A stretch of 64,000 nt of DNA from Octopus bimaculoides (taxonomy: Eukaryota): contig NC_068995.1 of NCBI RefSeq assembly GCF_001194135.2, positions 57,831,137-57,895,136 on the forward strand. Reading direction: 5' to 3'. The notes beneath the pieces were generated by a model, which saw nothing but the letters and a program-made list of their open reading frames with translations, had not been told where the DNA came from and ran no database searches. Numbering within the stretch: the stretch's first letter is position 1; every line of letters starts with the position of its first letter. Of the stretch, positions 1 to 11,830 are shown in pieces. A program made the position numbers and the translations under genes.

Positions 1-5
1 ATATA

Positions 6-285
6 TACATGATCTGATCAATAAGTATACGGACTGTTGCCATAGTAACGACGCTAAGGCACGCAGAGTGAAGTCGCTTGGCACAGATTGACCTTAAACT
101 CTGCTGTTCATGCTCACTAAGTTTTAACGCTTTAGTTCACTTCCGCTGTTTACAGAAGTGCTTGGAAGGAACGTGTGTAGCGTGTGATCGTCGCATTTAC
201 CATGGCAGAAAAAGTTGAGCAGAGAATCTGCATCAAAGTCTGCCAAAAGCTTGGCGATACCTGCTCAGATTCCTACGCAAAGTTT
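6..285 (+). mobile_element. Mariner-type DNA transposon 5' end (TIR, 5' UTR, transposase N-terminus)
   Basis: Starts TA-CATGATCTGATCAATAAGTATACGGACTG (mariner-like TIR). ATG at ~202 gives MAEKVEQRICIKVCQKLGDTCSDSYAK, matching the mariner N-terminal EQRxxIKFCxxLG motif. Confidence 0.8.
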
Positions 286-765
286 TTCAAAAGGTTTTCA
301 CCATTCTCGACACAGTTAAGGAGATCTTGTGCAATTGAAACCCGAGTGTATTTTTGGTCAGTTGAAAGCAGACACGCGTCTCATACCCAAATCTCCAGTG
401 ATAATGGACTGAACTGAACCGTAACTAATTTTCACACTGTCTGATAACTCACGGATGATGATTCGATGATTTCCCTTCACTGCTGCACGCACATCTTCAA
501 TATGTTTCTCAGTTCTGCTGGTTGCGGGTCTCCCAGAATGTTTGTCAATATCGACATTTTTTCGGCCATCTTGAAAATGTCTGAACCACTCGTACACTTG
601 TGCACGACTCATACACTCCTCACCATACAAATTCTGTCACTTTGTGTAAGCCTCTGAGCAGGTATCGCCATGACACCTTTCTCTGTCATATTCAATGTGA
701 GATCACACGCTACACACGTTCCTTCCAACAACTGTTGCAAGCAGTGGAAGTAAGTAATGCAGGGC
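286..765 (-). pseudogene. Decayed mariner transposase (HTH region to start of catalytic domain), inverted relative to the 6-285 copy
   Basis: ORF 358-630(-): YGEECMSRAQVYEWFRHFQDGRKNVD..HSGRPATSRT..I.RELSDSVKISYGSVQSIITGDLGMRRVSA. It continues after a frameshift as QKYTRVSIAQDLLNCVENGENLLKN. Confidence 0.9.
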
Positions 766-825
766 TATCATCAGCTGCACAAATAAATATAATTTTAATC
801 AGTTGGACAATAGCGATGTTGGTGT

Positions 826-930
826 GCTTACGTCCCCGTAACTTAGCGGTTCGGCAAAAGAGACCGATACAATAAGTACTTACAAAGAATACGTTTTGGG
901 GTCGATTTGTTCGACTAAAGTTACACATCA
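826..930 (+). mobile_element. SINE family C 3' body fragment
   Basis: TACGTCCCCGTAACTTAGCGGTTCGGCAAAAGAGACCGAT..AATAAGTACT..GGGGTCGATTTGTTCGACTAAA; recurs at 3815-3990, ~21880 and ~50070. Confidence 0.75.
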
Positions 931-977
931 ACTGTTGGATCATATTAGTGCAATAATATATATATAACATGTAGGTA

Positions 978-1183
978 GGCGACGAGCTGGCAGAACCGTC
1001 AGCACGCCGGGCGAAATGCTGAGCAGTGTTTCGTCATTTCTTACCTTCTGAGTTCAAATTCCGCTGAGGTCGACTTTGCTTTTCATCCTTTCGGGGTCGA
1101 TAGATTAACTACCAGTTGCGTACTGGGGTCGATCTAATCGACTGCCCCCCCCCCCAAGTTTTGTGCCTAGAGTAGAAAAGAAT
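978..1183 (+). mobile_element. tRNA-derived SINE family A
   Basis: A-box-like GCTGGCAGAACCGT and B-box GAGTTCAAATTC, then GAGGTCGACTTTGCTTTTCATCCTTTCGGGGTCGATA; about 15 copies in the window. Confidence 0.85.
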
Positions 1184-1235
1184 ATATCTACATATGTGAA
1201 ACAGTCTGCAATTACCAGCTGATGCTAATGCACAG

Positions 1236-1284
1236 AAACCATTGTAGTGATTTGGATTAAACCATTGTAGTGATTTGGATTAAA
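1236..1284 (+). repeat. 23-bp tandem duplication AAACCATTGTAGTGATTTGGATT x2
   Basis: Exact direct repeat at 1236-1258 and 1259-1281. Confidence 0.95.
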
Positions 1285-2185
1285 GCCTCTTCATGCCATC
1301 TTCGTGGATTATAATCTTTAGTGTGAATTCTGCGAATGTAAACGGATTTGGTAAAAGGATAATTATGATAGCCGGAGAAGTTTTGGAAAGCACGCAATAA
1401 CGCTATTACTCATATGATATTAAATTGTGTGTGTGTGTGTGTGTGTGTGTGTGCATGCATGTATGTAGCATTATATAGTCAACTTCTGGTGAAGTTCTAC
1501 CACTTTGGTTCATCTACCACTTTGCTCAGTAGTGTTAGTAGAGTTAATTGTTATGATATACAGGGCATAGGTAGGGCAAAACAAGACAAATACAAGTATA
1601 AATTATTTGCTATACATATGTATACACACACACACACACACACATATTCTCTAAAAGAAAACAAAAGGAGAAAACCAACCTACACGACTGAATAATATAT
1701 GCTTTATGTATGTTCTAGATATGAAGCGTCTAATATACTTATGTATCTAATAAATCTCTGTATAAGTATATCCCTGTGTCTAATTTATGTGCATACATTG
1801 GAGAATGCATGTCATAGGTTCGTTTGCACTATTACTTTTGTAGATATGTGGGGGCTAAATATATAGACTATTCCTATTTTCATATATGAATACATTTAGC
1901 TATGTTTATACACGCATCTATATAGTTTTATTTCTTTTATTTACTAGTTTCAGGTCGAGAGCTACGGCCATGCTATATATATCTATATATATGTAAGTAT
2001 ATGTATATATCCATGTGCGTGTGTGTGTGTGTGTGTGTGTAACATAACCATACTGGTGGTGGTGGTTCGGGTCTTGGATGTTTGTGATTCGTTCAGCTGT
2101 CAGTAAATCCTTTATCTTTGACATTACTGTAAGAATCGCAGACGATGCTTATATGTGAGCTTACTTTCGGCTACAACAACGATAA

Positions 2186-2242
<57 letters not shown>
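2186..2242. repeat. (CAT)n microsatellite
   Basis: About 18 perfect ATC units. Confidence 0.95.
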
Positions 2243-3336
2243 AAACAACAAAAACAGTGACAATATCATCAAAAATAGCATCTATAAGAAATAATAACAA
2301 CAATGTATGTTTTTGTCTTTTCGTTTTATTTTATTTTATTTATTTTATTCGATAAGCAAGCCCTCTGTTTCTCTATTGTCTTCTGAAAAAGGCTTTCACA
2401 CGTCCCGGCATCCAAAAAGCAGGAACGGTAAGCAAGCGATCGCCTTCGCAACTGGACATTTTCGTCCTCCATGGAAGATTCTGAAACACAACAGTAAGAA
2501 AAAGGGAGAGGGGGAAAGGAAAAGACAATGAAAAAGAAAAGGAAAAGATGAGGAGGAGGAGCAAGAGGAAAAGGAGGAGGAGGAGGAGGAGACAGAGCCT
2601 TCAGTATGTCTTGAATAATGTCTCGGCCCCTCTTCAACCGATATCCTGCTGCCAACAATCAAACTGAGATTTCTTTTTCTTACGATTGTTTCCAGAAGCA
2701 TCGACGCCATATCCTTTATCACCGACATCAACAAGCTTTTGTAGATGTTGCTATTGTTGTTATTGTAGTTGTTGTCTTCCTGTCGACAATCTTCATTCTC
2801 GTCTTTATTTTCTCCGTCAAGTTGTCTACGTCTTACTGTATTGTATTTTTGTTTTGTTACTTTCTATTTCATGATTTTTGTTTTGTTGCGTCTTTTTTCT
2901 TTCTTCGTCTCCCCCATTCCGTAGACAGTTGCTTCCATACACTGATCTAACCATTCTAAGCAACTGCCTCTTTAGATTACCCCAACCTCCTACGGACTCT
3001 ACACACATGACGGAAACGACTGCATGGACCCTCGACCTGCCAGAAATAACAACTAAATCTTCATCACCTCATACCTTACAAGTCTCATGCTAATTCTAGC
3101 CTACCGCCTTACAAAATGGAGTATGAATATATTGAATAATTATCCATATAATAGATTAGGCCCGAAGAAAAAATAAGAGATTATTAGGCATTCGTTGATC
3201 ATATTTTCTGCACGATGAGGAAGGAGCTGGAATTAGAAAGGAAATCCCCCAACGATACACAATTACTCCCGTGGTGCCATGATGTCTATCTCCCTACAAA
3301 GCTATCAAGGTTTGTCCTTAATAACCTAACTATTCA

Positions 3337-3370
<34 letters not shown>

Positions 3371-3479
3371 CGTCCACGTGTGCGCGCGTGTGCGCATGCG
3401 TACGTGTGTGTACGTATATGCATGCGTGATTAAGAAGCTGGTTTCGTTGACGATGCAGTTTCCAGTTTAGTCTCACTTA

Positions 3480-3990
3480 TGCTACTTTGGGTGACTTCTG
3501 CATTAGCCACGAGTCGACCCATAAATTTGGTAGACAGAAACTGTGTGAAAGCCCGTCTAGTACACGCACCCGCACACACGCAGAGACACACATATACATA
3601 CACACAAGCACACACACACACACATATAATATATAGGCATGCATACATGTATGTATGTCTGCATGCATAATCAACGGTGGAGACACAACGTAATCCGAAA
3701 TGATAATCTAACATTTAGATAAGCCAAGAACTTAAGGATTCCGAAGCAGTTTGGTCAGATAGAGATTATGTGATTATGAGATTATGTGTCTGTATTTTCT
3801 CTTACCGCCGCTTGATAACCCGTGTGTTGGTTTGGTCATGTCACCGTAGAGGTTCAGCAAAAGAGACCGATGGAATAATTAACAGGCTTAAAAATAAGTA
3901 CTGAGGTCGATTTGTTTGACTAAACACTTCAAGCCAAGGCGGCCGTCCAGCATGGCCACAGACATGTGACTGAAACAAGTAAAAAATAAG
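3480..3990 (+). mobile_element. SINE family C: head fragment (3480-3560), CA-rich spacer, 3' body (3815-3990)
   Basis: TTGGTAGACAGAAACTGTGTGAAAGCCCGTC head. The 3' body ends CCAGCATGGCCACAG..ATGTGACTGAAACAAGTAAAA. Confidence 0.65.
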
Positions 3991-4089
3991 GTGTGTATAT
4001 ATATATATATATATATATAGATATATATATATATATATATATACACCTTATACACTTGAAGCAACAATTTGAATGACTGCTTTGTTTTA

Positions 4090-4490
4090 TGGCAAGTTAA
4101 CTGAATTCAAACTAACGAATTGAAGACAATAACATCCAATTCACAATGGAGTTTAATCCCAAAGAACTTGCTTTCCTAGATATCTTAATCAAAAATCAAA
4201 GTGGGGAAATAGAAACGGTCATATTCTATCAACCCACCGACTCCAAACAATACCTTCTTTTCACATCATGTTATCCGAAACACACCAAACTCAACATTCC
4301 CTTCAGCCTGGCAAAACAAATTTGTACCATAGTACCAGAACTATCCAAACGTAAACGAAGACTAGAAGAACTGAAAGACACGCTTATCCAAAGAGCCTTC
4401 CCTCCTGGCATAATCACCAACGGAATAAACAAGGCGAAACAAATGGACGTCAATGAACTTAGGAAAACCAGAAAAAAAAAATGTCTTGCC
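4090..4490 (+). pseudogene. Penelope-like element reverse transcriptase C-terminal (thumb/HTH) fragment
   Basis: NIQFTMEFNPKELAFLDILI..ETVIFYQPTDSKQYLLFTSCYPKHTKLNIPFSLAKQICTIV..LEELKDTLIQRAFPPGII matches the PLE pattern I.FT.E..FLD..Y.KPT..YL..S.HP..K.IP.S. Confidence 0.9.
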
Positions 4491-5120
4491 ATTCGTATCA
4501 ATATTCAAAGTGGCGTATCTTCTCCCTCTGGTTAAGAACTCGATGTCTTGCCACATGGGTTATAGACACTTCTCGATTTGTTATTTGGATTCCTTGTCTA
4601 TTTTCTTGTCTTTTATTATCATTTTCTTATATGTTATTATTTTCTTCTTTGTTTCTTCGATGAGTTCGTTAGAGAGGGTGGCTTTAACATCAAAACCCTC
4701 CCTTTCGAAGACACCTCTGTGTTGCCGCAGTGAATCTAGCTCTCTGTTCAATTTATCTTTTCTCACACCGGCTGCGTTGGCAAAATTAATCTTCTTTCGG
4801 TTGTCTTCTTTTGGGTTTACGTTTCCCTTATTCATTTTATCGTTTTCACCATTTAGTTTCCCTTCTTGGTTCCTTTTTCCGTTTACTGCATTTATGTGGC
4901 TTTCCTTCACATTTCCGTTCGTTTTGTCCTGTTTTACAGTTGCTCTTTGGTTAGCCTGGTCAGGGTTAGAAGACTTGTCCTCCGAATTCATTTTCACAAA
5001 AATAAATATTTTCCAAAATAATTTTTCCAAAAGTTATTTCAAAAATTACTTTCCCCTCCTTGCGGAGGGGAACAACAGTCCCCTGCGTCTGTTAAAACAG
5101 AACGGAGAACAATAAGAAAA
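4490..5120 (-). pseudogene. Decayed ORF, probably ORF1/gag-like of a non-LTR retrotransposon
   Basis: The 149-aa ORF 5030-4581 (..KINFANAAGVRKDKL..) continues in the same frame through two TAA stops into PMWQDIEFLTRGRRYATLNID (ORF 4556-4362). Composition is non-microsatellite and coding-like. The ORF1 identity is inference. Confidence 0.45.
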
Positions 5121-5205
5121 GTTCAAAATTCAACAATAAATAATAATAACAATTACTAACTAAATTCTCGCAAAGACTAATTAACCGCAGCGCGCTGACG
5201 CTTCT

Positions 5206-5395
5206 TGTTTCTTTATTACCCACAAGGGGCCAAACATAGAGGGGACAAACAAGGACGGACGAAGGGATTATCGACTCCGAAAGGATAAAAGGCAAAGTCA
5301 GCCTCGGAAAGCAAGGTCGACCTCGGCGGAATTTGAACTCAGAACGTAAAGATAGACGAAACACCGCTATGTATTTTATCCCAGCTCCCCGCCTT
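5206..5395 (-). mobile_element. SINE family A (subfamily with alternative tail)
   Basis: Reverse complement of family A: GGTCGACCTCGGCGGAATTTGAACTCAGAACGTAAAGA. Confidence 0.8.
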
Positions 5396-5409
5396 AATTA
5401 TAAATTATA

Positions 5410-7440
5410 ATGTTAAGTTAAACAAGTAAACAGACAGTTTTTCACGCTGCACTGTAAGATCTGGAAGAAGTCCATTGTCAAAATAGGTGAAGCTAGGTTT
5501 TTTTTTATAAGCCAAAACTGTGAAACTATAACAAATTGGCTAGACCTTGGCAAACCTTTATAAACAGAGATAATTGTACGCTCTTGTTTTTTTGTGATAA
5601 TTTTTTTCTGTGAGACAAAGTTGTTCAATTGGATTCTGGAAGCTATGGCTATCTGTCTAGTTTATTTTATGTGTTTTGTGTTAAGCGATTATGGATTTAT
5701 TTTATGCTCCAGGAATTCGCCAGAACTTTTGTCAGATTTAAAATAATTTCTGTGTCACATCTGGGTGAGTACAAAAAATCTCTTAAGTTATGTTATTTTA
5801 TAATATTTTTGTGAATTTCGAACCTTGCATTTGGGGCAGGTTGTGTAAGATAAATGTTAGAATTTGTATAAATAGTTAAAGGGTGCATGAATTCAATTTT
5901 TTCATGTAGTTAATTTTTGTATTAGACAACTAAGCATTTAAATTTTGTCTAATGGTTACTCAGTATGCTTGTATGAAGCAATTTTGTGTGAATTTAACGC
6001 AAACGAGATTTTTGTTTGACTATTTAATTTTTTAACTATAATTATTGATGTAGTCTGGCAGCCATTTTGTGTCATGAACTTTTAGTTTAAATGGTTGCTT
6101 TGACATTGATTTATTTACGTTTAGGTCCAAGGTTCGAAAACCGAATTTGTACTAAAATGGAAATCCAGATTTTATGAAATCCAAATTTTTGGAATGCATA
6201 TTTTTGAAAAGCCAAATTTGTGAGGCCAGGTTTTGTGTGAGGCCAATTTTGGTGAAACCCAAAACCGGGATTCTGAGTCCGAACTTGTGAACTGTATTTA
6301 TGTTACTCTTGTAAATATTTTGACTGCATGTCTGGTGTGGCATTTGCTTTTTGTTTGTGTATATATTTGTTTTTGTATGTAGGCTGACTGTTGTTAATAA
6401 TATTTTAGAAAACATTTCATGGTGTGTTGTTTTGGGTTCACTCTCTACTCGTTGATTCTGTAAATTCGGGTTTTCGCCACCAGGTCGGAACAATATATGT
6501 GTGTGTGTGTGTGTGTGGGTGCGTGCGTACGTGCGTGCGTGCGTGTGTGTGTGTGTGTGTGTGTCATGATCGGACAGGAGAGTTCTTTCCACTGTGATGC
6601 TATGGACAGTGTTAGAATGATTGCTTAGCACTAGATCCAAGACACTTCTGTTGTTTCTGGTTAGTTCATGGACGAGTTGTAACAGGAAAAATTATCCATA
6701 AATTGGAAAAGTAACTCCACAGCTGCTTTGTCTGAGCTTGGTCTAACAATATTAGTAGACCAATCTACAGAGGGTAGTCGCCCATCCTCAGAATATACAG
6801 GAGGAACGATTTGATTTTCTCGAGGCACTCTTGGAAATAGTTTAAGGGTGCTTGTGGTGGGGAGGGGTCTGTAGAGTCCGATGATAGACACGTCTTTACC
6901 CTTGTTGTGTATAGAGACTGAATCGCAGTAACCGTTGGAGAAAATGTCCTTGGTATCTGCGCTGAAAGAATCATGGAGGAGGAAAACAGCAACTCCACCC
7001 TTTCTTCGACCTGCTCGATCAGTGCGAATGGCAGTGACAGTGATGTCTCTGGTTTTCAGTTCAGTCTCTAAATGAAGGTCGTTTAAGTTGGTCACAGTTA
7101 AGGCACTGAAAGGGATTGGATGTGAGTGTGCTGCAATCCATCCCTCATTGTAAGGTATATACCATTTTTGAGCCTTGACGACTGTGTTGATACCTTTGGG
7201 CATTAAGAAGGAATGTCGTCGATAAGGCAGCAGCTTCGTTGCGTTTCTTCAGGATCCGCACATCATGTTTGTTGTGACTCTTGTTGCTACCCAGTGGCAG
7301 CGGCAACGGTTTTTTTCGGTGTTCGATTGGTTGTAGAGGTTGGATACTTCTCTTTGGATTTTCTTTCGCCAGATTCAGCATAACAGCATTATTTCGTAAA
7401 AGAAAAAACTTGAGTACGGGACACTTGCCGGTGATACATG
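5410..7440 (-). mobile_element. Decayed LINE with APE endonuclease (CR1/L2/Jockey group); recognisable at 6570-7200, 3' part heavily eroded
   Basis: IRTDRAGRRKGGVAVF, IIGLYRP, MGDY/LPSVDWSTN and DLVLSN..VHSITVERTLLSDH are APE motifs. An internal (CA)n expansion lies at 6497-6565. Confidence 0.8.
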
Positions 7441-7482
7441 TGTAGGTACGTGCGTACATACATGTGCATGTATTTGTACATG

Positions 7483-7524
<42 letters not shown>

Positions 7525-7859
7525 AAGAGAGACAGATAGACAGAGAGAGAAGTCTGAATGAAGATATATTCGGGTGTACGTGTACGCATCTGTATGTAAC
7601 CGTATGTGCTATCTATCCGAGCTTTCGTTAATTCAATTTGACTCTAAAATTATGTAGATAAGCCAAAATAGATATTTCAAATAACATAGATTAAAAAAAA
7701 AAAAACATAAGTGTTATTTAAAGTATCACAGATAAGAAAAAACACAGCTTTTATTTTGAAATAACATCAATTCAGAATAACATTTGAAAAAATATTTACA
7801 TTAAATTCTACAGAATATAAATATATATCTACATATACACATATACACACACGCACATA

Positions 7860-7894
<35 letters not shown>

Positions 7895-7898
<4 letters not shown>

Positions 7899-8135
7899 TC
7901 AGTTTTATTTCAAGATTTGTCAATACAGAAAGAGCCGGTTTCTAACTTAGATCCAAGTTTCCTCCATTGAAATTTCAATATCAACAACAGGATATTTTTG
8001 TATGTATGTATGTATGTATGTATGGCATTGTTCAGTTTTATTTCAAGATTTCTTGCCAATAGAGAAAGAGCCGGTTTCTAACCCAGACCCAAGGCTCCTT
8101 CATTGGAATTTCAACAACACTAACAGGGTATTGTT
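7895..8135 (-). repeat. Two tandem copies of a LINE 3'-UTR end (7895-8000, 8030-8135)
   Basis: TTCAGTTTTATTTCAAGATT..AGAAAGAGCCGGTTTCTAAC..GATCCAAG..CATTG.AATTTCAA is repeated, each copy abutting (TG)n or (TATG)n. Confidence 0.8.
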
Positions 8136-8224
8136 TTATGTATGTATGTATGTATGCAGATTTGTATGTTTCGTTTTATGTATGTCTTATGCATATACTT
8201 GCATATCGAGACATGCTCATATAT

Positions 8225-8620
8225 ATTTAACTGATAAACTTCTGGAAGGTTTTACAGATTTTTACAGTTCCACTGATGGCTTGGATCTGTAGTCTTTGAA
8301 TCAACTTTCTCTTTTCTGGTTTTGAGAAGTCTAATTTCTCAAAATTGGTATTTAGGCAGTGTATTACATATCCCAGGGCCCCAATAATTACAGGTATAAA
8401 CCTGAACTTGTAATTTGGATCGAGTAACTGCAAATTTCTCAATAGTTCAACTTAGGTATTCTCTTTTTCACTGATCTTCAACTTTAACATCCATTAGGCA
8501 GCTGATTTCTACAATTATACATAGTTTCTCTTCTCTGTCCTAAATCATTATACCGTGTGCATTTTGCTTACATTTTATTTGGGTTTTCACTGGTACCTCT
8601 GACAAGTCTCAACCACAACA
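8225..8620 (-). pseudogene. Restriction-like endonuclease (PD-(D/E)xK) C-terminus of an R2-group LINE (second RLE family)
   Basis: VPVKTQIKCKQN..IMI*DREEKLCIIVEISC..EKENT*VELLRNLQLLDPNYKFRFIPVIIGALGYV..LQIQAISGTVKICKTF. Confidence 0.8.
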
Positions 8621-8904
8621 GATCGGTCCTCCCAATGCAATTATAAAAGATACTAGTCCAAATCACTGCACTGCAGGATCGAATCCTGAAATACATGCAT
8701 ATAAAGCATTCTTCTCAACCACACAATCATGCACAGTCCAGTAAACATGAATTGAGATTTTACATTACTGAGCTCAAGTCCATCTCTGGCTTTTGTTTTA
8801 ATCTAGAACCAGTCAGACAGCAGTTTTTGTTTCAGCAATTTCTATCAACACATACGTCACGCTGGATTAGATATTCATACGATTTGTAACTCTGTAACTA
8901 ATAG

Positions 8905-9110
8905 AATTTTTTAACGTTGTCAGCTGAGTACTAGACACATGTAAAGTAAACGGTTCTGTGTCGGTTTCAACGATGACCTGTTCGATCAACTGACACTGCC
9001 TGCACATTAAATTTAAGGTGCAAATGTCTGAGCACGCCACAGGTAAGTGTAACGCTAACGTAACCTTCAGTGTTTGACAAGGTTGCACCTTTGAATTACA
9101 GGTACTATCT
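8905..9110 (-). mobile_element. SINE family F body fragment
   Basis: GTGCAAATGTCTGAGCAC..TGACAAGGTTGCACCTTTGAATTACAGGTAC; the same segment occurs in the opposite orientation at 55660-55730. Confidence 0.55.
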
Positions 9111-10020
9111 ATCCGACCGATTTCCAACCTGTTTCTGTTTACACAATTTCACTCAGAAAGCTGCGGTCGATTTAAGGCTCTGGTAAATACCAATTGTGTA
9201 TGATGCCACGTAGAGGGATCGAACCTCCGGGCTCATAAATGCAAAGCGAACATTTTGTCATGCTTCATATGTAACCTTTGTTCTGACTGTTGTAGATATA
9301 ACATACAAGTGTCTGTTAGAAATGAGTAACAAAGATATGACCTCTGTCGCACCCTTAACTGACCGTTGTAGACGTAAACTGCAAGCATCAATTAAGTAGA
9401 AACGGTGTATGACTTTTCATTGACATCGCTTAACAACAGATCACTCGTTCCGCCCACTTTGCGCTCTTAATCAGCTTTGAAATAATTTGGATTTCAGAGC
9501 TGTGGGTTGCAGAATCATTCAACTGAGTATTTAGATGTTGTCCCGTAACGTTTTGAGTTCAAATCTGCCAAGGTCAGCTTTACCTTTCATCGTTCCGGAG
9601 GCGATACAATAATTACCCATCAATTACTGGATCAATATAATTAATAATACTCCTCTCTATATTTTGAGACTTTGTGCCTGGCTTTTATTTGTTTAAAATC
9701 CCTGGACTGCGGCCATAGCGGAGCAACTACCTTGAAGGAGTTTTACTCGGTCAAACTGATCCGAGTACTCCTGGTTTTTTAAGTGCGGTACTTATTCTCT
9801 CGGGTTTTTGGGGTTTTTTGCCGAATACTGACGGAGACGAAAGAAACCAACACCAATTGTTGGTCAAGTTGGTCAAATGGTGATTGCAGAAGCAGAATCA
9901 CAAAAGACACGCACACACACACACACACACATGTATATATATTGTCAAGCGATGTTGGGGAGGAACAAACACACAAACACAAATATATACACACACATGT
10001 GTATATATATATATATATAT

Positions 10021-10162
10021 CCGACGAGCTTCTTTCAGTTTCCTTCTACCAAATCCACTCACAAGGCTTTGGTGACCCCAGGCAATAGCAGAAGACACTT
10101 GCCCAAAGTGCCACGCAGTGGGAAATATCGGAACTTCTTATCAGACAACTACACCTGCGCCT
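10021..10162 (-). mobile_element. SINE family C head (tRNA-like plus CORE-like)
   Basis: Reverse complement of CCACTGCGTGGCACTTTGGGCAAGTGTCTTCTGCTATTG..AAAGCCTTGTGAGTGGATTTGGTAGAAGGAAACTGAAAGAAGCTCGTCG; abuts (TA)n. Confidence 0.85.
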
Positions 10163-10204
10163 CATATTAGAAACCAAATCATTTAGATTTTCTCAAGTTT
10201 TAGT

Positions 10205-10390
10205 TCCTCCCACACAGTTGACATCGAGCAGCAAGAGGATTCCAGTCCTTCCGGTTTTGAGCAAAGTCGCCTGCATCTTCCTTGCTAAAGCAAAGTTGCT
10301 TTAGACCTTCTTTTAAAGGTGGTGTGTTATATTTTCTTGTGTCTCCCTCTGTTCCTTCGTTCCTTGTGTGGTACCGTTTTTTTTTGTTTG
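10205..10390 (-). pseudogene. RTE-clade LINE 3' fragment
   Basis: The minus strand reads ..KEDAGDFAQNRKDWNPLAARCQLCGRN*, resembling the RTE C-terminal AxDRxxW motif. Confidence 0.55.
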
Positions 10391-11036
10391 TTTTTTTTTG
10401 GTATAACTGTTTCAGTTTGAGGTTTTATTAAAGCTGTCGATTATTTCTCTGCATTACAGATACAAATATAGTTAATTAGGAACATTTTTTGTTTCTGGTT
10501 CGCAACGTAATTATGTTAGTCTCAGCTTAATTAAATGTGCCGCTTTAATAGGTGATTATTCTTTCAATGTCGGATGATCAACAAAACTCTTTAAATATTC
10601 TAATGTATCGAGTGAACACACAATTTTCTCTTCCCATTCAGCTGATCTTTGGTACTCTGTTTTATGATCCCATCAAACAGAACGCCTTTTATCTAGGTTA
10701 ATGACTGATTTTTTGTCTGATTTTTATCATAAAAAGATTGGACAGTGAGACGTTTCTATCCGAATTGTTCAAACGTGGGAGAGTAGCATTTATGACCTTT
10801 TGCAGGGCATTTTACACTGGTTGAAAAACGGAAGGAAATAACTCTGAGACCTTGCACAAATGTTTGCAACAGAGATTACTCTGTGGATGAAATATACGGC
10901 TTTCTGAAGAACCTATTGCCAGAGGACCAAAAGGAATGCAGAAACCAATCAAGGGGAACTGATGATCTGTTGTATAATCGATAGTAGGATACTGAATGTG
11001 ATACGAATAAGGAAGAAGAATTTAGCTGTTGTCACG

Positions 11037-11518
11037 ACAATGTTCACAACTGATGGCTCTTGGAGTCAATGTTTCACAACTGCTGGCTCTTGGAGTCAAT
11101 GTTTCACAATTGCTGGCTCTTGGAGTCAATGTTTCACAACTGCTGGNNNNNNNNNNNNNNNNNNNNNNNNNNNNNNNNNNNNNNNNNNNNNNNNNNNNNN
11201 NNNNNNNNNNNNNNNNNNNNNNNNNNNNNNNNNNNNNNNNNNNNNNNNNNNNNNNNNNNNNNNNNNNNNNNNNNNNNNNNNNNNNNNNNNNNNNNNNNNN
11301 NNNNNNNNNNNNNNNNNNNNNNNNNNNNNNNNNNNNNNNNNNNNNNNNNNNNNNNNNNNNNNNNNNNNNNNNNNNNNNNNNNNNNNNNNNNNNNNNNCAA
11401 TGTTTCACAACTGCTGGCTCTTGGAGTCAATGTTTCACAACTGCTGGCTCTTGGAGTCAATGTTTCACAACTGCTGGCTCTTGGAGTCAATGTTCACAAC
11501 TGCTGGCTCTTGGAGTCC
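11037..11518 (+). repeat. 30-bp minisatellite CAATGTTTCACAACTGCTGGCTCTTGGAGT, interrupted by N gap 11147-11397
   Basis: About 3.5 copies left and 4 copies right of the gap, nearly identical. Confidence 0.95.
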
Positions 11519-11614
11519 CTGAGGACGCACAGAGTCAATGAGGCGATGACCAGCTTTTTGAGCGTTGGAAGATCTTTAAACAGAAATGTGCAAACGAATC
11601 GTTAGGAAACGTGA

Positions 11615-11830
11615 AAGTATGCAGGGGGATATTCTGGTCTTGGTATCCATTTTCTTCACTTCTCTCTTTGCCATTCTATAATTCCCGCTCCATACCGAAG
11701 TGATGCTATCACCCACGTATTAACTGCCTGGATTTTATTCCATCCAATCAATTTTGAGCCCAACACCAACCTCAGTCTTCGGAAATCCTCCATCCTCAGT
11801 TGCTCTTTCATTTCCTACAGAGTATCTCAA
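11615..11830 (-). pseudogene. R4/Dong-type LINE RT thumb fragment
   Basis: EMKEQLRMEDFRRLRLVLGSKLIGWNKIQAVNTWVIASLRYGAGIIEW..KMDTKTR. Confidence 0.75.

Noticed and set aside
2392-2433. Possible 36-nt microexon (AFTRPGIQKAGT) ending ACG|GTAAGC
   Set aside because: The acceptor is weak (purine-rich), there is no recognisable homology, and such sites arise by chance in 64 kb.
5040-5120. HDV-like ribozyme at the 5' end of the putative LINE ORF1
   Set aside because: I could not assemble the nested P1-P2-P3-P1.1-P4 double pseudoknot; only simple hairpins are present.
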